Shown: positions 6,983 to 14,824 of the stretch, one piece after another | Layout: every line of letters starts with the position of its first letter | Position numbering within the stretch: the first letter of the stretch is position 1 | Assembly: GCA_018817085.1 (NCBI GenBank) | Contig: JAHIUT010000063.1 | Coordinates: 1-32,662, forward strand | Direction: 5' to 3' | Length of the DNA: 32,662 bases | Origin: Patescibacteria group bacterium | GTDB taxonomy: Bacteria; Patescibacteriota; WWE3; CG2-30-40-12 | The notes under the pieces: generated by a model | What the model saw: only the letters and a program-made list of their open reading frames with translations | The model's database searches: none | What the model was told of the DNA's origin: nothing | Program-made: the position numbers and the translations under genes

Positions 6983-7056
6983 GGCAGGGAGTGGACTGGT
7001 GTCCCGAGGCGTCTCATAAGCGCCTTTTAGTGGGTTCGAATCCCGCCCCTGCCACC
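6983..7056 (+). tRNA. tRNA with CAU anticodon (elongator Met or Ile2)
   Basis: Manual fold. Acceptor ggcaggg/ccctgcc. Anticodon stem ggcgt/gcgcc with loop ctCATaa. T arm gtggg-ttcgaat-cccgc. Discriminator A followed by CC. Confidence 0.8.
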
Positions 7057-7103
7057 GTCCTTCGCAAACGCTTCGAAACGGCGAGATGTGAGGAAGTTTA
7101 CAG

Positions 7104-7478
7104 CTAAACAACTACTTTATCTCCAGGAATACTTGGCGAGTGTATAGCAAATACTTTTGTAATTTCAAGAAATTTAATAGAAACAACATTGTTCACACCC
7201 ACAAAAATAAAATCGCCTTTATTCAGCATAACCTCTTTATCATTAACAGTATATATCGCTTTTCCTTCCAGTATGATGAATAACTCCACTTTTAATTTGT
7301 GGTAATGGGGTTCTACAACATCTCCTTTTTTATGTTCGTGATAACATGCCTCTACAACATCGGTTTTACAAGGGTGTTTTTCCTCAAAAAAAGATCCAAC
7401 AAACCAACCGCGAGTTTGACTAAAGTTAGCATACTGCCCATAAAAATACTTGCCGTTTTTTAATTTGGAAGTGTCCAT
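7104..7478 (-). CDS. Cupin-domain protein
   Basis: 124 aa. ...HEHKKGDVVEPHYHKLKVELFIILEGKAIYTVNDKEVMLNKGDFIFV resembles the two cupin motifs. Confidence 0.55.
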   Translation of the reverse strand: MDTSKLKNGKYFYGQYANFSQTRGWFVGSFFEEKHPCKTDVVEACYHEHKKGDVVEPHYHKLKVELFIILEGKAIYTVNDKEVMLNKGDFIFVGVNNVVSIKFLEITKVFAIHSPSIPGDKVVV

Positions 7479-7570
7479 ATTTTTTAAATCCCTTTTGGAT
7501 TACTTGCGCAATCATAATACCAAAAAATTCAATCCCACACTACCCGCTTTTAATGTAGCCCACTCTTTGG

Positions 7571-7599
7571 TAGAATATACCCGAAGATTAAAAAATTAT
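7571..7599. repeat. Upstream copy of a 29-bp direct repeat flanking dinD
   Basis: tagaataTACccgaagattaaaaaattat matches 8433-8461 (tagaataCTTccgaagattaaaaaattat) at 26/29 positions. Confidence 0.85.
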
Positions 7600-7608
7600 A
7601 CTATAACT

Positions 7609-8463
7609 ATGACTAACGATATAACTATAAAAGCTCCAAATAAACGATTTGAAGAAATCAAGAAAATTGACGAAAACGGTGTTGAATACTGGGAAGCCCG
7701 TGGATTGATGCCCCTTCTTGAATATACCGATTGGAGAAATTTCAAAAGTGTTATTCTTAAAGCGCAACAAACCTGTAATAATAGCGAGCAAGGCGTAGAA
7801 AATCATTTTGTTGAGACCAACAAAATGATAAAAATCGCAACAGGAACGGTAAGAGAAACAACGCGAAACATACAAAACTACAAATTGTCTCGTTATGCTT
7901 GTTACCTTATAGCCCAAAATGGGGACCCTTCCAAAGAAGCTATCGCTGTAGCGCAGACCTATTTCGCTATTCAAACAAGAAAACAGGAAGTATTCCAACA
8001 GTTAGCGGATAACGAAAAAAGACTTTTTGTAAGAGGCGAGATAAAAAACCACAATAAAAAATTGTTTACCACCGCAAAACAATCCGGGGTGAATAACTTC
8101 GGTCGCTTCAATAATGCAGGATATGAAGGCCTATACCGCATGAGAAAAAGCCAAATACAAAAGAAAAAGGGCATAGGAAAAGACGATATTTTAGACAGGG
8201 CGGGAACAACAGAACTTGCGGCTAACCTATTTCGTATAACCCAAACAGACGAGAAACTCCAAAATGAAAACATAAAAGGAGACTACAGAGCAAGCAAAAC
8301 CCATTTTGAGATTGGCAGAAAAGTAAGACAAACAATACGGGAAATTGGAGGCACAATGCCTGAAACGCTTAAACCTGAAAAACATATCAAAAAACTTGAA
8401 GAGGAGCGAAAGAAATTGTCAAAAATATCTGCTAGAATACTTCCGAAGATTAAAAAATTATGA
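7609..8463 (+). CDS. dinD: DNA-damage-inducible protein D family
   Basis: Start set at MTNDITIK. My recollection of E. coli DinD matches through FEEIK..., LSRYACYLIAQNGDPSK, AQTYFAIQTRKQE, EKRLFVRGE, TELAANLFRITQT and HF.IGRKVRQTI.E.GGTMPE. Confidence 0.8.
   Translation: MTNDITIKAPNKRFEEIKKIDENGVEYWEARGLMPLLEYTDWRNFKSVILKAQQTCNNSEQGVENHFVETNKMIKIATGTVRETTRNIQNYKLSRYACYLIAQNGDPSKEAIAVAQTYFAIQTRKQEVFQQLADNEKRLFVRGEIKNHNKKLFTTAKQSGVNNFGRFNNAGYEGLYRMRKSQIQKKKGIGKDDILDRAGTTELAANLFRITQTDEKLQNENIKGDYRASKTHFEIGRKVRQTIREIGGTMPETLKPEKHIKKLEEERKKLSKISARILPKIKKL
8433..8461. repeat. Downstream copy of the 29-bp direct repeat (inside the dinD 3' end, running into the ftsH ATG)
   Basis: See 7571-7599. It encodes the last about 10 codons of dinD and ends at the ftsH start codon. 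Confidence 0.85.
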
Positions 8464-10331
8464 ACGGAAAAACACATACTAGAAAAATTGCCACCAACCC
8501 TTTGGGAACCTTATACAACAACCGTAAAAAAAGACCCAATGTGTTTTTAATGCTCCTTATTTTCCTTTTAATCTGGTGGTCGTTATCCGCTTTTGCCACT
8601 TTCTCAAGCGAGTTTTATAGCCAAAATTTTGAGCCTATCTCCAAAGTTATTGACGCTATAAAAAAAGACGAGGTGAAAAAAATAGAAATAAGAGGCTCCG
8701 ACCTACAAATTTATTACAACAGCGGCGAAACAAAAAACGCCATGAAAGAACCTAACCAAAACTTTTTGGAACTTTTGGCAAGCTACAATATAGACACCGG
8801 AAAAATTACAGAGGGCGTTATCTCTGTGCCTCAACTTCCTATATGGGAAATAATTGGAACGGTAGCCCCCATTTTATTAATGATAATATTTTTCCTTTTT
8901 ATATTTAGGCAAGCGCGGGGGGCGGCTGGGGATGTGTTTAGTTTTGGAAAATCGCGCGCTAAAGTGTTTTTAAAAAGCGCTAAAAACGGTACCGATAAAA
9001 TCACTTTTAAAGATGTCGCGGGGGCGGAAGAAGTAAAAAAAGAACTTACCGAAGTGGTGGATTTTCTTAAAAATCCCGATAAATATAAAAAGTTAGGAGC
9101 GAGAATCCCCAAAGGCGTTTTACTGGTAGGTCCAAGCGGTGTGGGAAAAACTCTTCTAGCCCGAGCCATTTCGGGCGAGGCGGATGTGCCGTTTTTTAGC
9201 GCCGCGGGAAGCGAGTTTATGGAAATGCTTGTGGGAGTGGGTTCCGCAAGAATGCGCGACCTTTTTTCTACCGCAAAATCCGCCCAACCTTCTGTTATAT
9301 TTATTGACGAAATTGACGCTATAGGTAGACAACGAGGCATGGCTTTTTCCGCGGGACATGACGAAAGAGAACAAACTCTAAATCAACTGTTGGTGGAAAT
9401 GGACGGGTTTGACCAAAGGGCAAATGTTATAGTTTTAGCCGCAACCAATAGACCTGACCTTTTAGACCCCGCTTTAGTTAGACCCGGCAGGTTTGACCGC
9501 AGGGTAACTCTGGAACTTCCCGATGTTAACGAAAGAGAAGAGATATTTAAAATTCATATGCGCGGAAAACCTTTCGCGGAGGATTTAAACATTAAAAGAA
9601 TAGCCCAACAAACTGTGGGGTTTAGCGGCGCGGATATTGAAAATATGCTAAACGAAGGGGCTATTTTCGCCGCAAGAAATGAGCGAGATAAAATAATTAT
9701 GCGAGACTTAATGGATGCCGCCACTAAAGTAAAATTGGGTCCCGAAAGAAAAAGATTGCAAAACGAGGAAGAAAAAACTCGCACCGCCTATCATGAAGCA
9801 GGGCACGCTCTGGTTGCAAGCTGTCTTCCCAACTCCGACCCCGTTCAAAGAGTTTCTATTATCTCAAGGTCGTATTCCTTAGGGTTTACAGACATCTCTC
9901 CTCAAAGAGACAGATACAACGAAACAAAAACACGACTTTTAGAATTTATAGCCATTTCATTGGCTGGCAGAGCCGCCGAAAAACTTGTGTATAACGAAGA
10001 AACGGTGGGTGCCGCCAATGATATAGAAAAAGCAACCCAACTTGCTAAAAAAATGGTTTGCGAATTTGGAATGAGTCCTTTGGGACCTATTCTTTACGGC
10101 GGGGGCGAGGAGAGAAAATGGCTGGCTTTTCAGCTTGGCGACGATACCTCTTATTCACAGGAAATAGCCAAAAAAATAGATGGGGAAATTAAAAAGATTG
10201 TGGATTCTTGTTTTAAAAAAGCCGACGACATCTTGCGGAAAAACCGAAAAACTTTGGATATTTTGGCAAAAGAATTGGTAATAAAAGAAACTTTAGAAAA
10301 AGAGGATATAGATAAGATATTGGAAAAGTGA
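8460..10331 (+). CDS. ftsH: ATP-dependent zinc metalloprotease FtsH
   Basis: Two N-terminal TM segments. AAA+ Walker A GPSGVGKT and Walker B IIFIDEID. Second region of homology present. Zinc motif HEAGHA. The ATGA overlaps the dinD stop. Confidence 0.95.
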   Translation: MNGKTHTRKIATNPLGTLYNNRKKRPNVFLMLLIFLLIWWSLSAFATFSSEFYSQNFEPISKVIDAIKKDEVKKIEIRGSDLQIYYNSGETKNAMKEPNQNFLELLASYNIDTGKITEGVISVPQLPIWEIIGTVAPILLMIIFFLFIFRQARGAAGDVFSFGKSRAKVFLKSAKNGTDKITFKDVAGAEEVKKELTEVVDFLKNPDKYKKLGARIPKGVLLVGPSGVGKTLLARAISGEADVPFFSAAGSEFMEMLVGVGSARMRDLFSTAKSAQPSVIFIDEIDAIGRQRGMAFSAGHDEREQTLNQLLVEMDGFDQRANVIVLAATNRPDLLDPALVRPGRFDRRVTLELPDVNEREEIFKIHMRGKPFAEDLNIKRIAQQTVGFSGADIENMLNEGAIFAARNERDKIIMRDLMDAATKVKLGPERKRLQNEEEKTRTAYHEAGHALVASCLPNSDPVQRVSIISRSYSLGFTDISPQRDRYNETKTRLLEFIAISLAGRAAEKLVYNEETVGAANDIEKATQLAKKMVCEFGMSPLGPILYGGGEERKWLAFQLGDDTSYSQEIAKKIDGEIKKIVDSCFKKADDILRKNRKTLDILAKELVIKETLEKEDIDKILEK

Positions 10332-10369
10332 TGCTTCTTATTTATGTAACTGCTCACGGTTATTTATAT

Positions 10370-10460
10370 AGCGTCATTGCGAGGAAGGAACGGAGTGTGA
10401 CTGACGAAGCAATCCCAGATTGCTTCTCCCTCGCGGGAACTCGGGATCGCAATGACGATG
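10370..10460 (+). repeat. Nested-palindrome intergenic element, copy A (about 90 nt)
   Basis: Outer 11-bp stem cgtcattgcga / tcgcaatgacg encloses the central hairpin gaagcaatc-cca-gattgcttc (10406-10426). The ends and central stem are the same as copy B at 15756-15849. Confidence 0.8.
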
Positions 10461-10576
10461 CCCTATTTACCGCGTAACTCTGTTTTTATCCCTTTATAAC
10501 AACAAACAAACTCGGTTGACAGAGAAAGTATAAAGTGATGTACTAAAAAAGTTACCATACTTTTTGAGGTTTTCTC

Positions 10577-13500
10577 ATGAAAGATTTTAAAACCATTAAG
10601 AAAATTAAAACTATTAATATAGAAGGCAATGCCCTTGATATATTTATGCGTCGCTACGCCTTAAAAGGCAAAGATGGCAAACCTAGCGAAAGCCTTGAAA
10701 AAGCTTTTTTTAGGGTAGCCAGCTTTATAGCGGATGCCGAAAAAACTGAAACGGACAAGAAAAAATATACCGACCTGTTTTACGCTTTGATGGGTTCCAA
10801 ACGGTTTATTCCCAACACCCCAACATGGTCGGGGGCAAATACCAAACTTGGGCAATTAGCCGCCTGTTTTGTGCTACCCATTTCCGATGATATGGGAAAA
10901 GAAAGCGATGGTATATTTCAAACTTTAAGAGACGCCGCTTTAATTCAACAATCGGGTGGCGGAAATGGATTTTCTTTCTCGCGCTTGCGTCCTAAAGGCG
11001 CCAGAATAAGCGCGAGTAATGGAATCGCCAGCGGACCTTTGAGTTTTATGGAAATTTATGACGCCGCTTTTGGAGAGATCGCCCAAGGAGGAACTAGAAG
11101 AGGCGCCAATATGGCGGTTTTGCGCGTGGACCATCCCGACATTTTGGATTTTATTAAATGCAAAGCAGAAGAAGGAAAAATTTCCAACTTTAATATATCA
11201 GTTGGAATTACCGATAAATTTATGAGAGCGGTAAAAAACAACAAGGATTTTGACTTGATTAACCCCACGGGTAAAAGTGTATGGAAAACCTTAAAAGCGA
11301 GAGATGTTTTTAACGAGATTGCAAAATTTGCGTATAAAAACGGCGAGCCGGGAATTTTATTTTTAGATACCGCCAATAAATATAATCCCGTTCCAAATCA
11401 ATATACTTTAGAAGCCACCAATCCGTGTGTTACTGGTGAAACTTTGGTGGCTACACCAAAGGGGTGGAAAAGAGTTGAGGACATATCTAAAGGGGATGAG
11501 ATATGTACTGTAATGAGTAGAGGAGTGGTGGATAACATAGAGGTACACAAAAATACCCCCGTTTTTAAAGTTTATTTGTCCGATGGTGGTGTTATAAGAG
11601 TTACGGCGACCCATCAATTCCATATTAGAGGTTCTAGGGAGAAATTCTTTAGAGCATGCAGACTGGACCAAACAAAGGTTGGAAGTTGGGTTAGAGTATT
11701 TAAAGGAGCTATACCAAATAACCCTATCCCGAAAGAAAGGTATGGCATAAGCAACAAAGAGTATGGTTTTCTTGTTGGTTTGTTAGTTGGAGATGGTTGT
11801 TATACACCACATGGGCTTTCTAAAAATATTGTTAGAATAAGTACTCATTCGGATGAGTTGGAATGGAATAAATGTGTTGAAGAGTATCTTCGCAAAGTAG
11901 GGGCAAAAAAAGTTTATACCTATACAAACAAAAATAGCAAGTCTATGATGATGGACCCTAAACCAGGAAAAGTAGTTTCAGATTGGGTAAAATCATTGCC
12001 TTTGACACCTGCAAAAAGCCCGGATAAATTTCTGCCAGAGGTGTATATAAACTCCAATAAGGAGTTTCTTTTGGGTCTCATTGATGGCCTATTCAGTACA
12101 GATGGCAGTGTGGACCTTTCATCTAACCACCCAATTGTTCGTTTTCACACATCAAGTGAGAAGCTTGCTCGTCAGGTAAGATTGATTTTATTAATGTTTG
12201 GGGTTCATGGAAGAATAAGTGAATCTCCAGCAAACAGTTTTCACTACATAGGAGGTAGAAAGGTAATTCGCAAGCACCCAAAATTTGATGTAACTGTTTC
12301 TGGGCAAAGCTTTGGTCGTTTTTTTGAACAATTTACCTTGAGCCATCCCGAAAAACAAAAGAGAATGGTCAAGGCGGCTTTAAGTTGTAATTTCACAGGA
12401 GGAAATTGGGCGGCAAGAATTGTTAAAATAGAACCTGATGGAAACGATAAAGTTTACGATGTGCACGAATCTTTTACTGACACATGGATTACAGAAGGGT
12501 ATGTTTCAAGAGGATGTGGTGAACAATGGTTAGGAGGCTACGAAAACTGCTGTTTGGGTCACATAAATTTAAGCGCCTCGGTAACCGGCAAAGGCATAGA
12601 TTGGGAACATTTGCGAGAGTCCATAATGCTTGCCACCAGGTTTTTAGACAATGTGGTTACCCAAAACAAATATGTTCCAGCAGTTCCTCAATTAAAAGAA
12701 GCGGCCCTAAAAAATCGTCGGATAGGTCTTGGCTTTATGGGTTTGGGGGATGTGTTTTATAAGATGGGAATCCGTTACGGGGATAAGAAAAGCCTAGATT
12801 TAGCTTCGCAAATAACGGAATTTATGAGGTTTTATTCTATTAAAGAAAGTATTGAACTTGCAAAGGAAAGAGGCGCTTTTCCGGGAATTAAAGGTAGTGT
12901 GTACAACCCCAAGAATTTTAAATGGGAAATTCCCGCGCCTTTATTTAAGCACAAAAATAATTTTGGAAGACCAAAAATTGATTGGGAAGAAATTAAAACC
13001 TCTTTAAAAAAATACGGGATAAGAAACTCCACCCAGCTTACAGTTGCTCCCACCGGAACAACTTCCACTGTGTTTGACATAGAAGGGTATGGTTGCGAAC
13101 CGGTTTTTGCTCTCGCCTATTTTAGAAATGTTTACCAAGCGGCGGGTGGCGACGAAAATTTGAGGCTTACTTATGTTAGTCCCCTGTTCAAGGGATCTTT
13201 GGATAAATCTTCTTTAACCAAAAACCAGAAAGAAAAAATTATTGAGGAAGCGCTAAATAAAGGAACCATACAACATTGTGAAGAAGCCCCCAAAAACATT
13301 AAAGGTACTTTTGTGGTTTCAACAGACATAACAGCAAAAGAGCATATACTAATGCAGGCGGTTATTCAAAAATTCGTGGATAACTCCATATCCAAAACCT
13401 GCAATTTCCCAGAAAACGCTACCGAAGAGGATATAAAAAACCTTTATATTAAGGGGTGGGAGCTGGGGTGTAAAGGATTAACGGTGTATGTAACTGGGTC

Positions 13501-14119
13501 AAGAAAGGAAGTGGTTCTGGAAACAAAGGAAACGGCGGAGAAAAAACAAGAAGCTCTGTTAAAGTTGGGAGATGCCGATATAAGACCGCGCCCTTCTGTG
13601 GTTGTGGGCAGAACGCACAAGATAACCACGCCTGTTGGAAAAGCCTTTATCACCGTAAACAGAAACGGCGAAACGGGCAAACGACCTTTTGAAGTTTTTA
13701 TTAATATCGGCAAAAGCGGAAGCGATCTATCTTCTATGGCAGAAGCGATGGGCAGACTCATTTCGGGCTGGTTAAGAAGCGCTAAAGAACCAAACAATGC
13801 CTTGGAAGAGATACAAAATCAGTTATCGGGGATAGGCGGGTCTATGAGTATAGGCTTTGGACAAAACAGAATAAGCAGTTTGCCCGATGCTGTAGCTAAA
13901 GTTCTAAATAAAGAGCTTATGCTTAGCGAAAAATTTGAAAAGGACGCCTCTCAAAAGTTTATGGAAAAAACTCTGGAAGAAAACATCGGTGTGGAAGTTA
14001 CGGTACAACCATCGCTTTTTATTAAAGATGCATCCATCTGCCCCGAATGCAACAATATGACTCTTGTAGAAACCGAAGGTTGCGTTAAATGTTATTCCTG
14101 CTCTTACACCCGTTGCTAA
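10577..14119 (+). CDS. nrdJ: Ribonucleoside reductase, class II (adenosylcobalamin-dependent), intein-containing
   Basis: RNR alpha motifs are present: FIPNTPTWSGAN, CFVLPISDDM, QQSGGGNGFSFSRLRPKG, GGTRRGANMAVLRVDHPDI, NPC...GEQWL...YENCCLGHINL and VAPTGTTS. The C-terminal tail has the pattern CxxC...CxxC. Exteins sum to 817 aa. Confidence 0.9.
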   Translation: MKDFKTIKKIKTINIEGNALDIFMRRYALKGKDGKPSESLEKAFFRVASFIADAEKTETDKKKYTDLFYALMGSKRFIPNTPTWSGANTKLGQLAACFVLPISDDMGKESDGIFQTLRDAALIQQSGGGNGFSFSRLRPKGARISASNGIASGPLSFMEIYDAAFGEIAQGGTRRGANMAVLRVDHPDILDFIKCKAEEGKISNFNISVGITDKFMRAVKNNKDFDLINPTGKSVWKTLKARDVFNEIAKFAYKNGEPGILFLDTANKYNPVPNQYTLEATNPCVTGETLVATPKGWKRVEDISKGDEICTVMSRGVVDNIEVHKNTPVFKVYLSDGGVIRVTATHQFHIRGSREKFFRACRLDQTKVGSWVRVFKGAIPNNPIPKERYGISNKEYGFLVGLLVGDGCYTPHGLSKNIVRISTHSDELEWNKCVEEYLRKVGAKKVYTYTNKNSKSMMMDPKPGKVVSDWVKSLPLTPAKSPDKFLPEVYINSNKEFLLGLIDGLFSTDGSVDLSSNHPIVRFHTSSEKLARQVRLILLMFGVHGRISESPANSFHYIGGRKVIRKHPKFDVTVSGQSFGRFFEQFTLSHPEKQKRMVKAALSCNFTGGNWAARIVKIEPDGNDKVYDVHESFTDTWITEGYVSRGCGEQWLGGYENCCLGHINLSASVTGKGIDWEHLRESIMLATRFLDNVVTQNKYVPAVPQLKEAALKNRRIGLGFMGLGDVFYKMGIRYGDKKSLDLASQITEFMRFYSIKESIELAKERGAFPGIKGSVYNPKNFKWEIPAPLFKHKNNFGRPKIDWEEIKTSLKKYGIRNSTQLTVAPTGTTSTVFDIEGYGCEPVFALAYFRNVYQAAGGDENLRLTYVSPLFKGSLDKSSLTKNQKEKIIEEALNKGTIQHCEEAPKNIKGTFVVSTDITAKEHILMQAVIQKFVDNSISKTCNFPENATEEDIKNLYIKGWELGCKGLTVYVTGSRKEVVLETKETAEKKQEALLKLGDADIRPRPSVVVGRTHKITTPVGKAFITVNRNGETGKRPFEVFINIGKSGSDLSSMAEAMGRLISGWLRSAKEPNNALEEIQNQLSGIGGSMSIGFGQNRISSLPDAVAKVLNKELMLSEKFEKDASQKFMEKTLEENIGVEVTVQPSLFIKDASICPECNNMTLVETEGCVKCYSCSYTRC
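11426..12514 (+). mobile_element. Intein (363 aa) with LAGLIDADG homing-endonuclease domain, inserted before the active-site Cys of NPCGE
   Basis: Block A CVTGETLVATPKG. Block B RVTATHQF. Two dodecapeptide motifs, GFLVGLLVGDGC and FLLGLIDGLFSTDGSV. Block F VYDVHESFTDTWITEG. The intein ends ...YVSRG immediately before CGEQWL. Confidence 0.85.
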
Positions 14120-14172
14120 TTTCACAATAACAAACTATTGACAAAAATGTCGGTGGTGTATATCCTAGATGT

Positions 14173-14406
14173 ATGTTAATAAGAACGAATGTGTATTTGG
14201 AAAACACAATAATCAGCGAGCTTAAGAATATAGCCAAAGAAAACGACTCCACTATGGCCAAAGTAGTAAGAGGGCTACTCCAAGAAGCTTTAAATAAAAA
14301 CCCCCGCAACATTGAAGGGTTACTTGCTCTAGCAAAAAAAGCTAAATCTACAGGCATAAAAGATTTGGCAAGCAAGCACGACAAATACCTTTACACAAAT
14401 GGATAA
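14173..14406 (+). CDS. Ribbon-helix-helix antitoxin (VapB/CopG-like)
   Basis: 77 aa. The N-terminal MLIRTNVYLENTIISELKNIAKE fits an RHH beta-strand plus helix. It overlaps the downstream PIN gene by 8 bp. Confidence 0.65.
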   Translation: MLIRTNVYLENTIISELKNIAKENDSTMAKVVRGLLQEALNKNPRNIEGLLALAKKAKSTGIKDLASKHDKYLYTNG

Positions 14407-14812
14407 AATATTTATTGACACCGACGCTTTAGTAGCGCTCAACAATCTTTCCGATAAGCTTCACAATAGGGCTTTAGAAGCAGCTAAAAAAATTAACGGG
14501 AAATCGTATCAATACTATATTGGGCTAAATATATTGATGGAAACTCTTACAATAGTAAGCCAAAGATGTGGCAAAAAACAAGCTAACGCGCTTCTTAAAG
14601 AATTAAGGTCGGAAAATTACATAGTCCTAAACCCTTCCCAAGAAGAGATTCTAATAGCCGAAGAAATATTCGCAAACGCGAGATCTAAAAATTTATCGTA
14701 TAGCGATTGCATTAGTTTCGCCGTTATGAAAACCCACAATATCTCACAAGCCTTCTCCTTTGACATTCATTTTAAAAAACACGGGTTTAAAAGGATTAGT
14801 ATAGATAAGTGA
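14399..14812 (+). CDS. vapC: PIN-domain toxin (VapC family)
   Basis: 137 aa. The N-terminal IFIDTDALVAL carries the conserved Asp, and YSDCISFAVM lies near the C-terminal third. It is paired with the RHH antitoxin. Confidence 0.75.
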   Translation: MDKIFIDTDALVALNNLSDKLHNRALEAAKKINGKSYQYYIGLNILMETLTIVSQRCGKKQANALLKELRSENYIVLNPSQEEILIAEEIFANARSKNLSYSDCISFAVMKTHNISQAFSFDIHFKKHGFKRISIDK

Positions 14813-14824
14813 TATAATGAGAGT

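Noticed and set aside
6887-7111. 74-aa minus-strand ORF
   Set aside because: It overlaps the well-folding tRNA(CAU) at 6983-7056 and the structured spacer, and it has no start context.
7450-7608. N-terminal 53-aa extension of the dinD ORF
   Set aside because: Homology to DinD begins right after the internal ATG at 7609. The extension overlaps the divergent cupin gene start and begins with a non-ATG codon.
8831-9340. 169-aa antisense ORF within ftsH (and similar ones at 9156..9374, 9554..9784, 10151..10357)
   Set aside because: It lies opposite the highly conserved AAA+ core of ftsH, has low-complexity Ser/Pro/Ile-rich translation and lacks independent signals.
10461-10576. Cobalamin riboswitch or NrdR boxes upstream of nrdJ
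   Set aside because: The segment is too short and AT-rich for a B12 riboswitch. I could find only a 7-bp inverted repeat (aaagtat/atacttt), not tandem NrdR-type 16-bp palindromes.
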